Numbered from the stretch's first letter, positions 37,953 to 49,100 are shown. The stretch: DNA of 64,000 nt from a bacterium (GCA_031385045.1 JANNBC010000048.1:32001-96000); one strand, 5' to 3'. Program-made: numbers and translations. Notes: generated by a model from the sequence alone, not told the origin.

Positions 37953-40713
37953 CGGCTTCCTCTTCAATAAACTGACTAGTTCCTAGCAGGGAAGCAAAAG
38001 CATCTCCGGGGTAAGACTGTTCGCTTGGAGGCCAAAACTCTTGACGACGGATTCTACGAATTATATCCGAGGCAACTTCACAAGCATCGGCTAACTCTTC
38101 TTTAGTCCAATTAACAAATGTCACCATTTTCTCTAATGGCAATTCAGGCACTAGGCGTATATAGCCCAGTTGCATTTCCCCAGAGAAACCATTTTGACTT
38201 AAAATATAATGATAAAGTGGTAACTGGAGATCGATCCAAGCATGATCTTTACGATGAGCTTTTTCAGGCTCTAGTGTTTTTTCTCCTAACTTATAATCAA
38301 ACACTGCCCATATTTTTTGAGTTGGATGATAATCAATCCGATCAATCCGACCATAGATATGAAAATCTTCTCCATCAACGGTCATCAGAGTCCCAGCAGA
38401 TTTTTGAGGGTATTCAATCTCTTTGGTAATCCATCCAGCCTGTCGCCAACCAACTTGCCAATTTGCAAACTGTTTTAATCTAATTCGCAACTGCTCTCTT
38501 TGAATGATCACAGCCGGCAAGGGATTGGTTCCAAATTGTTCTAAAAAAACTTCATCAAGAACTTCAGAAAGCTTGTTAAGCACATTTTCTAAAGAGCTAT
38601 TTTTAAGCCCAACATCGCTACGAATAAATCTTGCTAAAACTTCATGTCCTAAGTTACCAAACAATCTTCCATCCATTTCCAACATTAATGGATTAACTTC
38701 AGCTAGTTTTAATATATGTAATAAATAAAACCGATAGGGACAAGACAAATAACTTCTAAATGCGGTGACTGACAAAATAGTAAGCGGTCGCATTTGTTTT
38801 TCGGGTTTAGGCGGAATCTCCCACTTAGCAATTCTACTAACCGCCTCACTTGCAGTACCTAAAGTTCTTACTGGTAAGTCTGTTAAATAAAGCTGTCTGA
38901 CTTTTGATAAAAAATTTTCTTCGCCACTACTAACAAGCAAACGACTTGGTAAAAGTGAATTGCCTTCTGCATCAAAATGAAAATAAAGCAGCTTTAAATG
39001 TGGAACCGAGTTAACTAATGCTAATAAGACAAAAGCATCTCTAGCATAACGACGTTCATTATCTAATAGTCCAAGGTGCTTACGAACGCTTTGTGGCAAA
39101 AAAGGATCCGAATTAAGAGACTCTGGAACCAGTCCCTCGTTCATTCCACAAACTACAATTACTGGAGCGTCTTCTAGTTGCAACTCTAACCATCCAAGTG
39201 TATCAATTTCTGAAGAATCTCTTTCCTTGGGGAGATTAATTTCAGCAACAAGTTTTAAAAAAAGATCTAGCGCCTCTGCCCCAGAAACTTCAGGCAATAA
39301 AGTATTTTGAGCTTCAGCAATTAAATTCCAGACGCTGTCCATTGCTTCTAACTCCGCCTGAAATTCTGATGCTTCAGGATAAAAAGCTAAAAGTAAATTC
39401 TGTAGATCAGTAATCCATAATTCCAAAGACCTAGTCGCATAGCGAAAAGGTGCCAAAATATCTTCTAATACTTCTTCTGCTTGAATAGCATATTGCTCCT
39501 CAGGTTTTAATTTCTTAGGGTGCTTAAAGACCTCTGACTGTAAATGATTCATTTGAAAAAGATCTAAATTTGCAATCAAAGAATCAAGTTCAGACAACCC
39601 TTGAAGCAAAAGTTTCGGTCTTAATAAACTTTCAACTTCTGGAAAACGAATTAGATCATAAAAATCATTAATTTTTCTACTACTTAAGAATCGAGAAATT
39701 TTGGCTAATAATTGTCCTGGCCTCGTTTCAGATAAAGCTACTCCTGCTGGATCATGAAGTTTTTGCCCAGCTTCAAGAAAGATACTCTCAAGGTAAGGCA
39801 TAAGTTTTTGATCAGTATGACCAAGGATAATTTCACTATGATGATAATTTCCATTTAGATCGTTAATGATTCCTAATGTTGCAACTGCCTGATCGCGAGC
39901 ATCAACAGTAGGGATAATTAATTCACTATTAATTTCCAGAGCACGCTCAAACCAAGCATCAGTTTTAATACTTCCATAAAGATCAAAAGCATCTTGTTCT
40001 GATTCCGGGGCATGAATTAAAGAGAAAACAGGACAACTCAATTGATCAATCATTTGACAGGTCACGAGATTAAGCTCACGCACAGCACAAATAATAATCG
40101 TACCTTGATACTTAATTTCTTTAAGCTGAATCGCCGTTAGTCGAGCTCGATGCCGATCTGTTAAATTTGCCTGAGATAAACTATTTAAATAATCTTCTTG
40201 GATTCCAGCTAAAATCTCCCACCGGGAATCTTCTGGGGCAATGGGCATTTCCGCAATTTTGCTACCAGCCTCAGCAAATGTCATTAAATTAGCTGATAAC
40301 TCAGAATCTAAACTAGCAATGTTCTTGGCAATTCCAAACCAACTTCCTAAGTTCTCTTTACTTGGAAGAAGTCCAGCAATTTGCCTAACACATTCTGGCT
40401 GAAATTTAGTTAAAACATCGATCCTTGCAAGGTTAGCTTCTAATTCACTGGCGACAGGAAGGTGTGAAAGATAAAGTTTTTCTGGCAGAGAACCTGTCGT
40501 GATAAATGTTGGTGGCGTTAGAATTAATTTTTGTTCCTGAGCATAGAGCGCTAACTTTTCTTGTAGCCTCCGCCCAGCCTTTGCACCAGTAAAAACGAGT
40601 AAACACTCCCCAAGGTTAAGCTCCAGATCACAGGAATATCTCTCAACTAGAAATTTTAAAATTCCATCTAAAGCTGGCTGTTTCCAGTCACAGAAAATTC
40701 GTTCTGGGGTCAT
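37945..40713 (-). CDS. addB: AddB-like PD-(D/E)XK nuclease subunit
   Basis: GMNEG.VP, LSVT...YLSCPYRFY, GRIDRID, FDYKLG, LQLPLY; paired with addA. Confidence 0.82.
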   Translation of the reverse strand: MTPERIFCDWKQPALDGILKFLVERYSCDLELNLGECLLVFTGAKAGRRLQEKLALYAQEQKLILTPPTFITTGSLPEKLYLSHLPVASELEANLARIDVLTKFQPECVRQIAGLLPSKENLGSWFGIAKNIASLDSELSANLMTFAEAGSKIAEMPIAPEDSRWEILAGIQEDYLNSLSQANLTDRHRARLTAIQLKEIKYQGTIIICAVRELNLVTCQMIDQLSCPVFSLIHAPESEQDAFDLYGSIKTDAWFERALEINSELIIPTVDARDQAVATLGIINDLNGNYHHSEIILGHTDQKLMPYLESIFLEAGQKLHDPAGVALSETRPGQLLAKISRFLSSRKINDFYDLIRFPEVESLLRPKLLLQGLSELDSLIANLDLFQMNHLQSEVFKHPKKLKPEEQYAIQAEEVLEDILAPFRYATRSLELWITDLQNLLLAFYPEASEFQAELEAMDSVWNLIAEAQNTLLPEVSGAEALDLFLKLVAEINLPKERDSSEIDTLGWLELQLEDAPVIVVCGMNEGLVPESLNSDPFLPQSVRKHLGLLDNERRYARDAFVLLALVNSVPHLKLLYFHFDAEGNSLLPSRLLVSSGEENFLSKVRQLYLTDLPVRTLGTASEAVSRIAKWEIPPKPEKQMRPLTILSVTAFRSYLSCPYRFYLLHILKLAEVNPLMLEMDGRLFGNLGHEVLARFIRSDVGLKNSSLENVLNKLSEVLDEVFLEQFGTNPLPAVIIQREQLRIRLKQFANWQVGWRQAGWITKEIEYPQKSAGTLMTVDGEDFHIYGRIDRIDYHPTQKIWAVFDYKLGEKTLEPEKAHRKDHAWIDLQLPLYHYILSQNGFSGEMQLGYIRLVPELPLEKMVTFVNWTKEELADACEVASDIIRRIRRQEFWPPSEQSYPGDAFASLLGTSQFIEEEADV

Positions 40714-40851
40714 GAAGCGACTATGGTAGATAAAATGGACAGCTTCAACTTACATTCTTTAAAAGAATAGACTAGAATGAACCTGAGTTTTTAAGAAATT
40801 CTAACATTGAAAAATTACTATTACAATCGATAAGCAAGATTTCAAACCACC

Positions 40852-41124
40852 ATGTCAAAAACAATAGATTTAAAAATTCAAGTCTCTGTTCGTGCCAAAA
40901 AATCAGAGATTCGCGGCTGGCATGAAGACCGCATCAAAGTGAGTTTAGCGGCTATTCCCGAAGATGGCTTGGCAAATAAAGAATTAGTAAAATTATTTTC
41001 AACAATTTTAAAGATTCCTAAAAGTCAGATTAACTTAATCCAAGGTTCGCAATCTAAATTTAAAACCTTACGGATCTCTGGCCTCGAGTTAGAAAATCTA
41101 CCTTCGTCTTGTCAAAGACCTTAA
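40852..41124 (+). CDS. DUF167 (YggU) family protein
   Basis: IKVSLAAIPEDGLANKEL...IQGSQSKFK. Confidence 0.85.
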   Translation: MSKTIDLKIQVSVRAKKSEIRGWHEDRIKVSLAAIPEDGLANKELVKLFSTILKIPKSQINLIQGSQSKFKTLRISGLELENLPSSCQRP

Positions 41125-41247
41125 TTATCAATAATATCCTAAAAAATATGTTTTTTATAATATCTTAATGGACTAAAACAGGCTAAAACCTTGTCTGCCT
41201 TTCATGGCCTAAGCTACGTGTAAATAAGAACTTTCAAATTAAATTTT

Positions 41248-42501
41248 ATGTCTAAGTTAAGCAAACTTAATTCTGAACAAATGGCCTGGATCGCTGTGAT
41301 GGTTGCAGCGCTCGGTTATTTTGTTGATGTTTTTGATATGTGGCTTTTTGGTAATTTTCGAGTTGCCAGTCTGCAATCTTTAGGTTTAGGGCCAGAAGAG
41401 ATTACTAACGTTGGTGTTACCTTACTTAACTGGCAGCAGGCCGGCTTTCTGATCGGTGGATTTATCTGGGGAGTCATGGGAGATAAAATGGGTCGCATGC
41501 AGGTTATGTTCGGCTCCATCTTGATCTATTCACTAGCAACTTTTTTAAATGCCTTTGTCACTGATATCACCCAGTACGCTATCTTAAGATTTATTAGTGG
41601 CTTGGGACTTGCTGGAGAAATAGGAGCCGGGATCACATTAATTGTAGAACTCCTACCTCGAGCAAAACGTGGTGTCGGGACAACTATTGTTACCTGCTTA
41701 GGTGTATCTGGTGCCGTCGCTGCAGCAATTGCTGGCAAATATCTAGACTGGAAAACTGCTTACATTGTTGGTGGCTTAATGGGCTTTGCACTTTTAGGCT
41801 TAAGACTCTTTGTGCATGAATCAGGAATGTATAATAAAGTTAAAGAAAAATCGGATGTTCCTCGCGGTTCGTTATTACTGATCTTTGGACACTCTCGTCG
41901 CTTTCTTCGTTATTTTAGTTGCGTGATTTTAGGTATTCCCATTTATCTATGCTTTGGACTAATGGTTACTTTCTCTCCTGAGATTGTCGGTGCTTTTGGT
42001 ATAACTGAAAAATTTATTGTACCGGACGTTATGATTTATGGTGCAATTGGTCTAACACTCGGTGATTTATTTGCTGGTATCCTTAGCCAGTATCTCCAGA
42101 GTCGAAAAAAAGCAATTTTAATTTTCTTAAGTTGTGCCACTATATTAGGACTGATTGTAGCTAGTGGAGTACCAAGTACTATTTTTCAATATAAAATTCT
42201 AATTGGATTAATGGCTTTGTTTACTGGCTACTGGGCTTGTCTAATTACAACGTCGGCCGAACAATTTGGCACAAATATTCGGGCAACTGTTGCTACCACT
42301 GTTCCAAATATTATCCGAGGAACATCAATTTTACTCACTATGGCATTTGCTCATTTAAAGCCTAGTATCGGAATTGGTAATTCTATTTTATTAATTACGA
42401 TTGTTGTCTTTGGATTGTGTTTTTTAGCACTGCTTGGAATCCAAGAAACATTTCATAGGGATTTGGATTATGTGGAGACTAAGTCTAAAAAATTGACTTA
42501 A
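41248..42501 (+). CDS. MFS transporter
   Basis: About 12 TM segments; GVMGDKMGR, GLAGE, EQFGTNIRAT. Confidence 0.92.
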   Translation: MSKLSKLNSEQMAWIAVMVAALGYFVDVFDMWLFGNFRVASLQSLGLGPEEITNVGVTLLNWQQAGFLIGGFIWGVMGDKMGRMQVMFGSILIYSLATFLNAFVTDITQYAILRFISGLGLAGEIGAGITLIVELLPRAKRGVGTTIVTCLGVSGAVAAAIAGKYLDWKTAYIVGGLMGFALLGLRLFVHESGMYNKVKEKSDVPRGSLLLIFGHSRRFLRYFSCVILGIPIYLCFGLMVTFSPEIVGAFGITEKFIVPDVMIYGAIGLTLGDLFAGILSQYLQSRKKAILIFLSCATILGLIVASGVPSTIFQYKILIGLMALFTGYWACLITTSAEQFGTNIRATVATTVPNIIRGTSILLTMAFAHLKPSIGIGNSILLITIVVFGLCFLALLGIQETFHRDLDYVETKSKKLT

Positions 42502-42536
42502 AAGTGATATTCAGTTTTTGAGCTTATTAGATGAAA

Positions 42537-44315
42537 TTAAATAGCTAGATCATAATAAACATACTTCATAGCCTGCATAAAAACTCCAAATCGCTTTAGT
42601 AAAATATCTGGTGTTTCCTTCGCATCAGTTTCTAAAACCCAGCCTAAGTAACCTGTCCCTCTGGTTAAAAACTCCAGTTTTAAGTGATCAAATGCTGATA
42701 AACCTTCCTTGATTCCTAACTGTCCATTTCCCTCCGTCCTAAAATAGGATTCTCGCAAAGTTAACAGCGTCTTTGCAAACAGTGGACTCCAAGCGACAAC
42801 AGGCAAGTCTAATATCGCCTGACAAAGCTTTTCTTCTTGTTCAAAAGTCACACCGGCAGATTGTAAAACTTGAGCGACCGCCTTGGGATCAATATAAATA
42901 GAATTTTTTGTTAAGAACTCATACAAAATATGCTTTTCCTTTGTCGGATCTAATTCCTTTGCAACTAATTTTTCAGTTGGTCCAGAAATTTTAGTATCAT
43001 GGATATTAAAAACTTGATAAAATCTAGAGCAGTAGACATACAATAAATAGTGAATCAATTCTGGAGTTTCTTGATATCCATCGTTATTTAATACTTCCTG
43101 AACAACTAATAAGTCTTGAATAAATTGTCCTTGAGCATCTAACAATTGTTGTCGAGTTTGTAGCGTTTCGCTATCAGGATTATTTCTGGCGAGAGAACTA
43201 ATGAAATTTATTTTAATTGCCAGTGCCTCAACTGGTAAAAATTTTAATTCGGGAGTAGCCTGCCAGAGATCTACTGTAATTTGACGGAGGGTTGTTAAAA
43301 GCTCTTGATCCTCAATGACACTAGTAAACCTGTCCATCTCAGTAGGACTTAAACTTGTTAAGTGGTGTAACCAATCATGATCAGCCATCTGATATACTGC
43401 TTGAATCGCTTGATAGATTCGCTGATCAATTTTATTTCCAGTGATACTCGCCACCCGAGAAAGAGCATTCATCGCTCGAGCATCAATTTCAACGGTACTC
43501 AGAGTTGCTGTATAACTAATAATTTGATCTTCAAATCTTCGCGGATAAACTAATTCTGTGAAAGTATGATTATATAAAAAACCACTAACTAATTGTGGAT
43601 TAAATAAATCCATTGTTGCGTGCGAAGAGTTGAGATCAGTGAATAAAGGAGAGATAACGACGGCAGAGCCCATAACTCTTCCAGTTCGAAAACTAATTTT
43701 AGCATGTAGTTGATGTAAATCAGGACATTCCTGATAAGCAGAAATTGAATCTTCTAAATTGCTTAACCTTGCACCTGCATTCTCTAGACTACTAACTACA
43801 GCTGAATAAAAACTATCACTTTGCATTTGGAGAAGTTGCAATTGATGAAGCTTCTCAATAGGGGTTGTCATTAATAAATTAGTAAATTCTTTTTTATTAA
43901 AACCACTTCTTGCTCGATACTCATTGGTAAAAAATGGATCTAGTAAATCTTCACTTAGATCAAGACAATGAATTTGTGAACATAACGAATACAACTTAAC
44001 AATTACTTTTTCAGAAGTTAAGTATTCAAATAGTTCTTGGCGTGATTCACGGACGTAGGTTAGTAGACTTTTATAGAGGATATCAGGCGTTGAATAGAAT
44101 AGCAGACCTAAAATTTCAGAATTTGTACCAGGTTCATTGCCTGTAGAATTTCGACAATGAATTAAGAATGATTCAATTTCAGTGGAAAGCTTTTTAACAG
44201 AACCAAGAACATTTTGTGGCTCTAAAGATACTAAAAAGTTAGCTGACAGATCAGAATTAACCTGCGCTGGAACAGCTACTAAACTTGTTTTTGGTGAACT
44301 CTGACCACGAATCAT
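42537..44315 (-). CDS. hypothetical protein (592 aa)
   Basis: Long ORF with no recognisable family; contains DHDWLHH. Confidence 0.7.
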   Translation of the reverse strand: MIRGQSSPKTSLVAVPAQVNSDLSANFLVSLEPQNVLGSVKKLSTEIESFLIHCRNSTGNEPGTNSEILGLLFYSTPDILYKSLLTYVRESRQELFEYLTSEKVIVKLYSLCSQIHCLDLSEDLLDPFFTNEYRARSGFNKKEFTNLLMTTPIEKLHQLQLLQMQSDSFYSAVVSSLENAGARLSNLEDSISAYQECPDLHQLHAKISFRTGRVMGSAVVISPLFTDLNSSHATMDLFNPQLVSGFLYNHTFTELVYPRRFEDQIISYTATLSTVEIDARAMNALSRVASITGNKIDQRIYQAIQAVYQMADHDWLHHLTSLSPTEMDRFTSVIEDQELLTTLRQITVDLWQATPELKFLPVEALAIKINFISSLARNNPDSETLQTRQQLLDAQGQFIQDLLVVQEVLNNDGYQETPELIHYLLYVYCSRFYQVFNIHDTKISGPTEKLVAKELDPTKEKHILYEFLTKNSIYIDPKAVAQVLQSAGVTFEQEEKLCQAILDLPVVAWSPLFAKTLLTLRESYFRTEGNGQLGIKEGLSAFDHLKLEFLTRGTGYLGWVLETDAKETPDILLKRFGVFMQAMKYVYYDLAI

Positions 44316-44511
44316 TTGCTAATCGGCTTAATTATTTATCCCTGATAGTTATGCTTTAAATTTGATTCCTATGATAGTCTCGGAAAGAAAATTATAATTC
44401 TACTAAGTATTTGTTTTATTTGGGATTTTTAATCGTAGTAAGGAGGCTCGGAAAGTAACTGTAACTGTATTTAAGGCGTAAGCTTAAAATTTACAGCATG
44501 CCGTACTAGTT

Positions 44512-44802
44512 TTAGCGATCTTGAGCTTTGCGCGGATAGGTAATCTCAGCAACTTTGCAATCATCACGACAAATCAAAGAAACATGGTCGAGGTTTAATT
44601 GCATTGTTTCACCTTCAATCTTAACGGCAACAATCTGTTTTTTATCACTAGCATTTTGAGCTAGAGCACTTTCTAACTGCGAGTATCCATTTTTAAGTTT
44701 AATTAGGACGCCACTTTCCGTAATAATAGTAGCCCCGTCCCCAGCAAAAGCAAAATTGATCGGTAAGAGTAATAGCAAAATTAAAGAGATTTTTTTAAGC
44801 AT
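44512..44802 (-). CDS. small secreted hypothetical protein
   Basis: Signal peptide ending AFA-G; CRDDC motif. Confidence 0.7.
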   Translation of the reverse strand: MLKKISLILLLLLPINFAFAGDGATIITESGVLIKLKNGYSQLESALAQNASDKKQIVAVKIEGETMQLNLDHVSLICRDDCKVAEITYPRKAQDR

Positions 44803-45050
44803 TTTTACAATTAAAGATAAGCCTAATTAATTATCAAATTTAACGGCCCCATTTGCAATAGTTTATTATAGCGACAGCTTCCAAATCCCTAAAATTAAGC
44901 CTTAGTTGTAGATTACTAAAAATTACTAGCAATTAGAGGTTAAAATAGCTTTCTACCTCCAGAATCTAGCTTCTCAAATAATTCTTCCACGCACTTTCTT
45001 AACAAGCAATTTAGTCTATTATACGTTCCAAGATTTATTAAAGCTAAACA

Positions 45051-45674
45051 ATGTCCTCACTCCTTAGTGAATTTCAATTAGATTTACACCTTGTTAAACG
45101 ACTAGCTAATTTAGATTTTGCAAATCCTGTTAGCTTGGAACTAAGTTTTCCCAAAGCGCTCTGCTTTACAATTCTTCCTGATGACAAACTTGTAATAATC
45201 TTTTCAGAAAATCTGGACTTATGTCGTGATGGGCTGCTTAGCTCTGCGGAAAGTGTTATTAGATCCTCCAGAAATTGCCAAGATCCGATTACGACTGTTT
45301 CAGAAGCATTAGCAATCTTTATTCAAACAAAGAAAGGTTTTGCCTTTAATTTTAGCAAAATGCCTCTTACAACTTCTGATATAGAAATATCTACTACTCC
45401 ACTATCACTTCAAATCGAGACCTTCCCTGCTTTTAATCCTTGTAGTCATTCCAGTGATACTCCAACTATTTTTGTTGCACTACCTGAGATTCCAATTGGA
45501 ATTAATCCCCTAAAAAAAATAAATAACACTGGCCTCGCAACTCTTGTATTAACTACAGAGACTCGATCTGAAACTCCTCAAATGACTCGCGCTGATCGTT
45601 TAAAATATCTAGAATCCCGAACCATAAATACTAGAAGTGAAAACCCTGGAGAGAGAAATCATCGTCGCCATTAA
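45051..45674 (+). CDS. hypothetical protein
   Basis: 207-aa ORF, no motif recognised. Confidence 0.55.
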   Translation: MSSLLSEFQLDLHLVKRLANLDFANPVSLELSFPKALCFTILPDDKLVIIFSENLDLCRDGLLSSAESVIRSSRNCQDPITTVSEALAIFIQTKKGFAFNFSKMPLTTSDIEISTTPLSLQIETFPAFNPCSHSSDTPTIFVALPEIPIGINPLKKINNTGLATLVLTTETRSETPQMTRADRLKYLESRTINTRSENPGERNHRRH

Positions 45675-45704
45675 ATTAGTTAAGTTTTTTATTAATTAGA
45701 AAAT

Positions 45705-46976
45705 ATGAAAGTATTACCTGCAATTACCAGTCAATTATTAAGCCTTAGCCTATATTGTTTACCAATAGCAAAAGCTGAGGAAAACAATCAGGTAATGCCA
45801 AATGCACCAAAAGAAAATTTGGAACTAACAAAATCAGCAGAAGCACTTACAATGCTCAAAAAATTTGAAGAAACTGGCAGAACAAGGAACTTTGATATTT
45901 TAAAAGCTGCTAAGCCAGAAGAAAGAGTAAGGCTATTACAAGAACAAGAGAAGCAAATCATTCAAGTGATTAATAGCTTAGCAAAACTTTATAATTTGCC
46001 TGTTACAGATCCTGGGCTTCGCCTCACTCCAGCAAACTTCCAAACCCTGACAGAACCATTAATCACGGAAATTTTTAAAGATAAACAAACTATTTTATTC
46101 CCTAGATCATTAATCATAAATGAAGAAGAAGGAGTCATCCTCTATACTTTACCAGTTACTATTGCCGAAAAATATCAAGAGCGTGTGATCCCACGAGAAT
46201 ATCAAATCGCTGGTTTACTTAATGACAACAACATATCTCCTGTTAGCTTTCACCAAACCTCTGTTCCATTCTTTGAAGTAATGATCGCCGGGCCCCATGA
46301 AGCAATAATCTCCCAAGTAGCACCCAAAGACTACTCGCTCACAAATAAAACTGGTGCTGTGATCTTTAAAGATCGCCTCGCAGGCGAATTGAAAGCTGCT
46401 TCTAAAGGAGTCCCTGCGCCAATCGAAAAAATTGAGCATGCACTAGCTGTTAGAATTACTACTTTTGCCATGACTGATATGTCACCTGAGGTTCCTCCAA
46501 TAATGAAATTTGAGGGAAAAGAATTTCAAAAAGTTCAACTTGGACAACTCTTTGGAGATTATAAATTTTTAAACTCAACTAAAAGTCTTGGCTTAGAATT
46601 TTTAGTTTATGATTTGCAAATTGCTGAAAAAACTAAAGATCCCCAATATCAGTTATCCCTCCTGATTCTTAAAAAAGCCTTGGAGAATTTTATTACTGAA
46701 CAAGATATTCGTGGCTCGCATCTCAATACTTTAATCGGACAACAAATCGGTGATAACAAACAGTTCTATCCAACACAAATTGCTAATCTTAGAGTAGATC
46801 TTCAAACTAAAGCTCCCACAGCAATCTTGTCAGAATTGTTTTCTATAGCAATAAAGCAAAAAACTACAGACTTAACAGTAACTAGAGTTCCATTGATGGA
46901 AAGTTTCTACCTCACTTATCTAAATACAATGGCTGATGAAGTAGATAATATTAGAAACTCAATTAAGCTAAAGTGA
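45705..46976 (+). CDS. secreted hypothetical protein
   Basis: Signal peptide ending AKA-EE; 423 aa. Confidence 0.7.
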   Translation: MKVLPAITSQLLSLSLYCLPIAKAEENNQVMPNAPKENLELTKSAEALTMLKKFEETGRTRNFDILKAAKPEERVRLLQEQEKQIIQVINSLAKLYNLPVTDPGLRLTPANFQTLTEPLITEIFKDKQTILFPRSLIINEEEGVILYTLPVTIAEKYQERVIPREYQIAGLLNDNNISPVSFHQTSVPFFEVMIAGPHEAIISQVAPKDYSLTNKTGAVIFKDRLAGELKAASKGVPAPIEKIEHALAVRITTFAMTDMSPEVPPIMKFEGKEFQKVQLGQLFGDYKFLNSTKSLGLEFLVYDLQIAEKTKDPQYQLSLLILKKALENFITEQDIRGSHLNTLIGQQIGDNKQFYPTQIANLRVDLQTKAPTAILSELFSIAIKQKTTDLTVTRVPLMESFYLTYLNTMADEVDNIRNSIKLK

Positions 46977-49100
46977 GCTGTTAAAAAATTCTAATAATTG
47001 TTTTAATTCTCTCTTCCCTTTAAAGGTATAAAGCTTCTGAGAACGATGCTCTGCTGGTAGAGCTATTTTAAAAGAAAGGAAATTAGAGTGAGAACCAGAA
47101 CCCGTCATGTATAATACCAAGCGATCTGCTGGAATATTATTTGCAATGTCTTTCAGAGGTGCAAATTTTTCTGAATCAGCAATTCTAATGTCTGTAATCT
47201 TAGGAGCAAGTTCCATCATTAATTCTGCTTTTAAAGGATTTACTCGCTCCAGCGGCATAACAATCAGGATACTCTTAAAGCTTGGAGGACATTTAATTGT
47301 TAGTGGTTTAACAAACTCAACTATTTTACCTTCACCAAGATCATCCTCCCCACTTTGGCTTAGGCTAACTAGTTGCTTGATTTCACCGTGTTTAGCTTCA
47401 AGCCAACTAGCAAACAAATCAACCTCTTGATGTACCTTACAATGTGATAGCTTATTTACTTCCGTTAATCTTTGTTCGTAGGTAGCTAAAAAATCGGGAT
47501 TAGTTAAGACATGTTGGAAATAAATCCGGCGCATTCGGTGGCTATCTAGCGTACTCTGATAAAAGCTGGAAGTTAAATGATCTTTGATATGTCGACAAAT
47601 GTTGTTAGCAACATCTGAGCTCTCCCCATACTCACTAATTGCCTCTCTAAAAAGTCGTCCACACTGATATTTATTAAAAATTTGTCGAGCTTCAATTAGT
47701 CTAGAATCCAATAAAATTAAATCGGATCTTTTAGACGTACTTGCTAATTCACCTTGATCTACTGCGCTAATTTCACGAGTAACCTGACGAGTTAAGTGCA
47801 TGACGGCCTCAGGACTTAAAGTGTCAGGTAAACTTTGAAGATCTAAAGAATTTAATTTTAAAATCATAGCTTTTTTTCGCTCTGATTCTTTACCAAATAA
47901 AGCTTGAGCTTGAGTAATCAGATCCGTCCGCAACAGGTCTCCTCTTTTAACTCCATCAATTAAACTCTGTAAACATTCTGGATCATTATTTACAACAAGA
48001 TAATTTTGAATCTTTTCTATGTATTCAGGAGCCTGATCAAATAGTGCACTTAAGAACTCCGAATTCAAAACCTTGCCCAACTTCACAGTTGAATCAGAGA
48101 TAGTAATTAGTAATCGGCCTAAAGGATGATCATTTGAGCTTCCAAATTCAATCAAAAGCTTTAATGCTTCTGATTGATCAAAACTATTTGATTTTGCAAC
48201 TCGTTCGGCAATTGCCAAATACTCGGGACGTTCTGTTAAAAAATCAAAAATTGTAGCTGCTTCTGAGCCAGCGACAGTAAGAATTGAGATCATCTTACTT
48301 CGCTCTCGTCGCTCTAGTTTTAACAATGCTTGATAACAAGCAACTCCATAATGATATTCAGAAGCATCCGCATTTTTCACTAATAACTTATATGCCGAGT
48401 AAAGCTCAGCTGGTTTTTTATCCTTACAAATAGCTTGATAAGCAAGTTGATCATTTGCCCAATCACTATGATCCATAAAACTAAATAATATTCCATGGAA
48501 AATACCATTGGTGACATTTTTTAAGCTTGGAAATTCTTGGGTATCAAAAAGATATTTATCAATACATTCCTTCTTAACCCCAGCCATAATCCCCTGAATT
48601 TCTTCCGGAAGATTTTCTGCAATTTTTAAGACAACACTAAAAAAACTTTCAAAGTAGTCGAGTGAAAGTTGCATAATCTTTGGATCTAATGCCCGATTTA
48701 GATGCATGATATTTGTTGCAATATTATCAGGCAAAATAGTCAAGGTTACGGCGTTACAAGCCTGTGGTGTTAAATCACCATTACTTTTTTGTTTCAAAAC
48801 CTTGGCAGCATTAAGGAAGATATATCTTAAATTATTAACGGTGCGTTCAGTTAGTACTTCTCCAAAATCTTGATGTATCTCACCATTCGCGATTAGCTCT
48901 CGACAGGAACGCACCGAATAAAGGATTATCTTACTAGCATCCTTCCAATTTAATTCAGGAGCTAAAAAAACAAGATCTAGCCACTTAAGCCCATTGTCAC
49001 TTGGCGAAAAACCTAATTTGCGTAGTTCATCTAAACTTCGATCAAAAAGTTGATTAATCTGCTCTCTGATTGGCTTTTCTGGTTCTATTCCAGGAATCAT
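46968..49100 (-). CDS. hypothetical helical protein with possible C-terminal DUF2325-like domain
   Basis: 710-aa ORF. C-terminal SILIV...ADRLVLYMTGSGSH resembles DUF2325. Confidence 0.65.
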   Translation of the reverse strand: MIPGIEPEKPIREQINQLFDRSLDELRKLGFSPSDNGLKWLDLVFLAPELNWKDASKIILYSVRSCRELIANGEIHQDFGEVLTERTVNNLRYIFLNAAKVLKQKSNGDLTPQACNAVTLTILPDNIATNIMHLNRALDPKIMQLSLDYFESFFSVVLKIAENLPEEIQGIMAGVKKECIDKYLFDTQEFPSLKNVTNGIFHGILFSFMDHSDWANDQLAYQAICKDKKPAELYSAYKLLVKNADASEYHYGVACYQALLKLERRERSKMISILTVAGSEAATIFDFLTERPEYLAIAERVAKSNSFDQSEALKLLIEFGSSNDHPLGRLLITISDSTVKLGKVLNSEFLSALFDQAPEYIEKIQNYLVVNNDPECLQSLIDGVKRGDLLRTDLITQAQALFGKESERKKAMILKLNSLDLQSLPDTLSPEAVMHLTRQVTREISAVDQGELASTSKRSDLILLDSRLIEARQIFNKYQCGRLFREAISEYGESSDVANNICRHIKDHLTSSFYQSTLDSHRMRRIYFQHVLTNPDFLATYEQRLTEVNKLSHCKVHQEVDLFASWLEAKHGEIKQLVSLSQSGEDDLGEGKIVEFVKPLTIKCPPSFKSILIVMPLERVNPLKAELMMELAPKITDIRIADSEKFAPLKDIANNIPADRLVLYMTGSGSHSNFLSFKIALPAEHRSQKLYTFKGKRELKQLLEFFNSSL

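Noticed and set aside
44320..44347. GCCGATTA as a sigma28 -10 element for ORF 42537..44315
   Set aside because: Only ~4 bp from the start codon and no matching -35 at the expected spacing.
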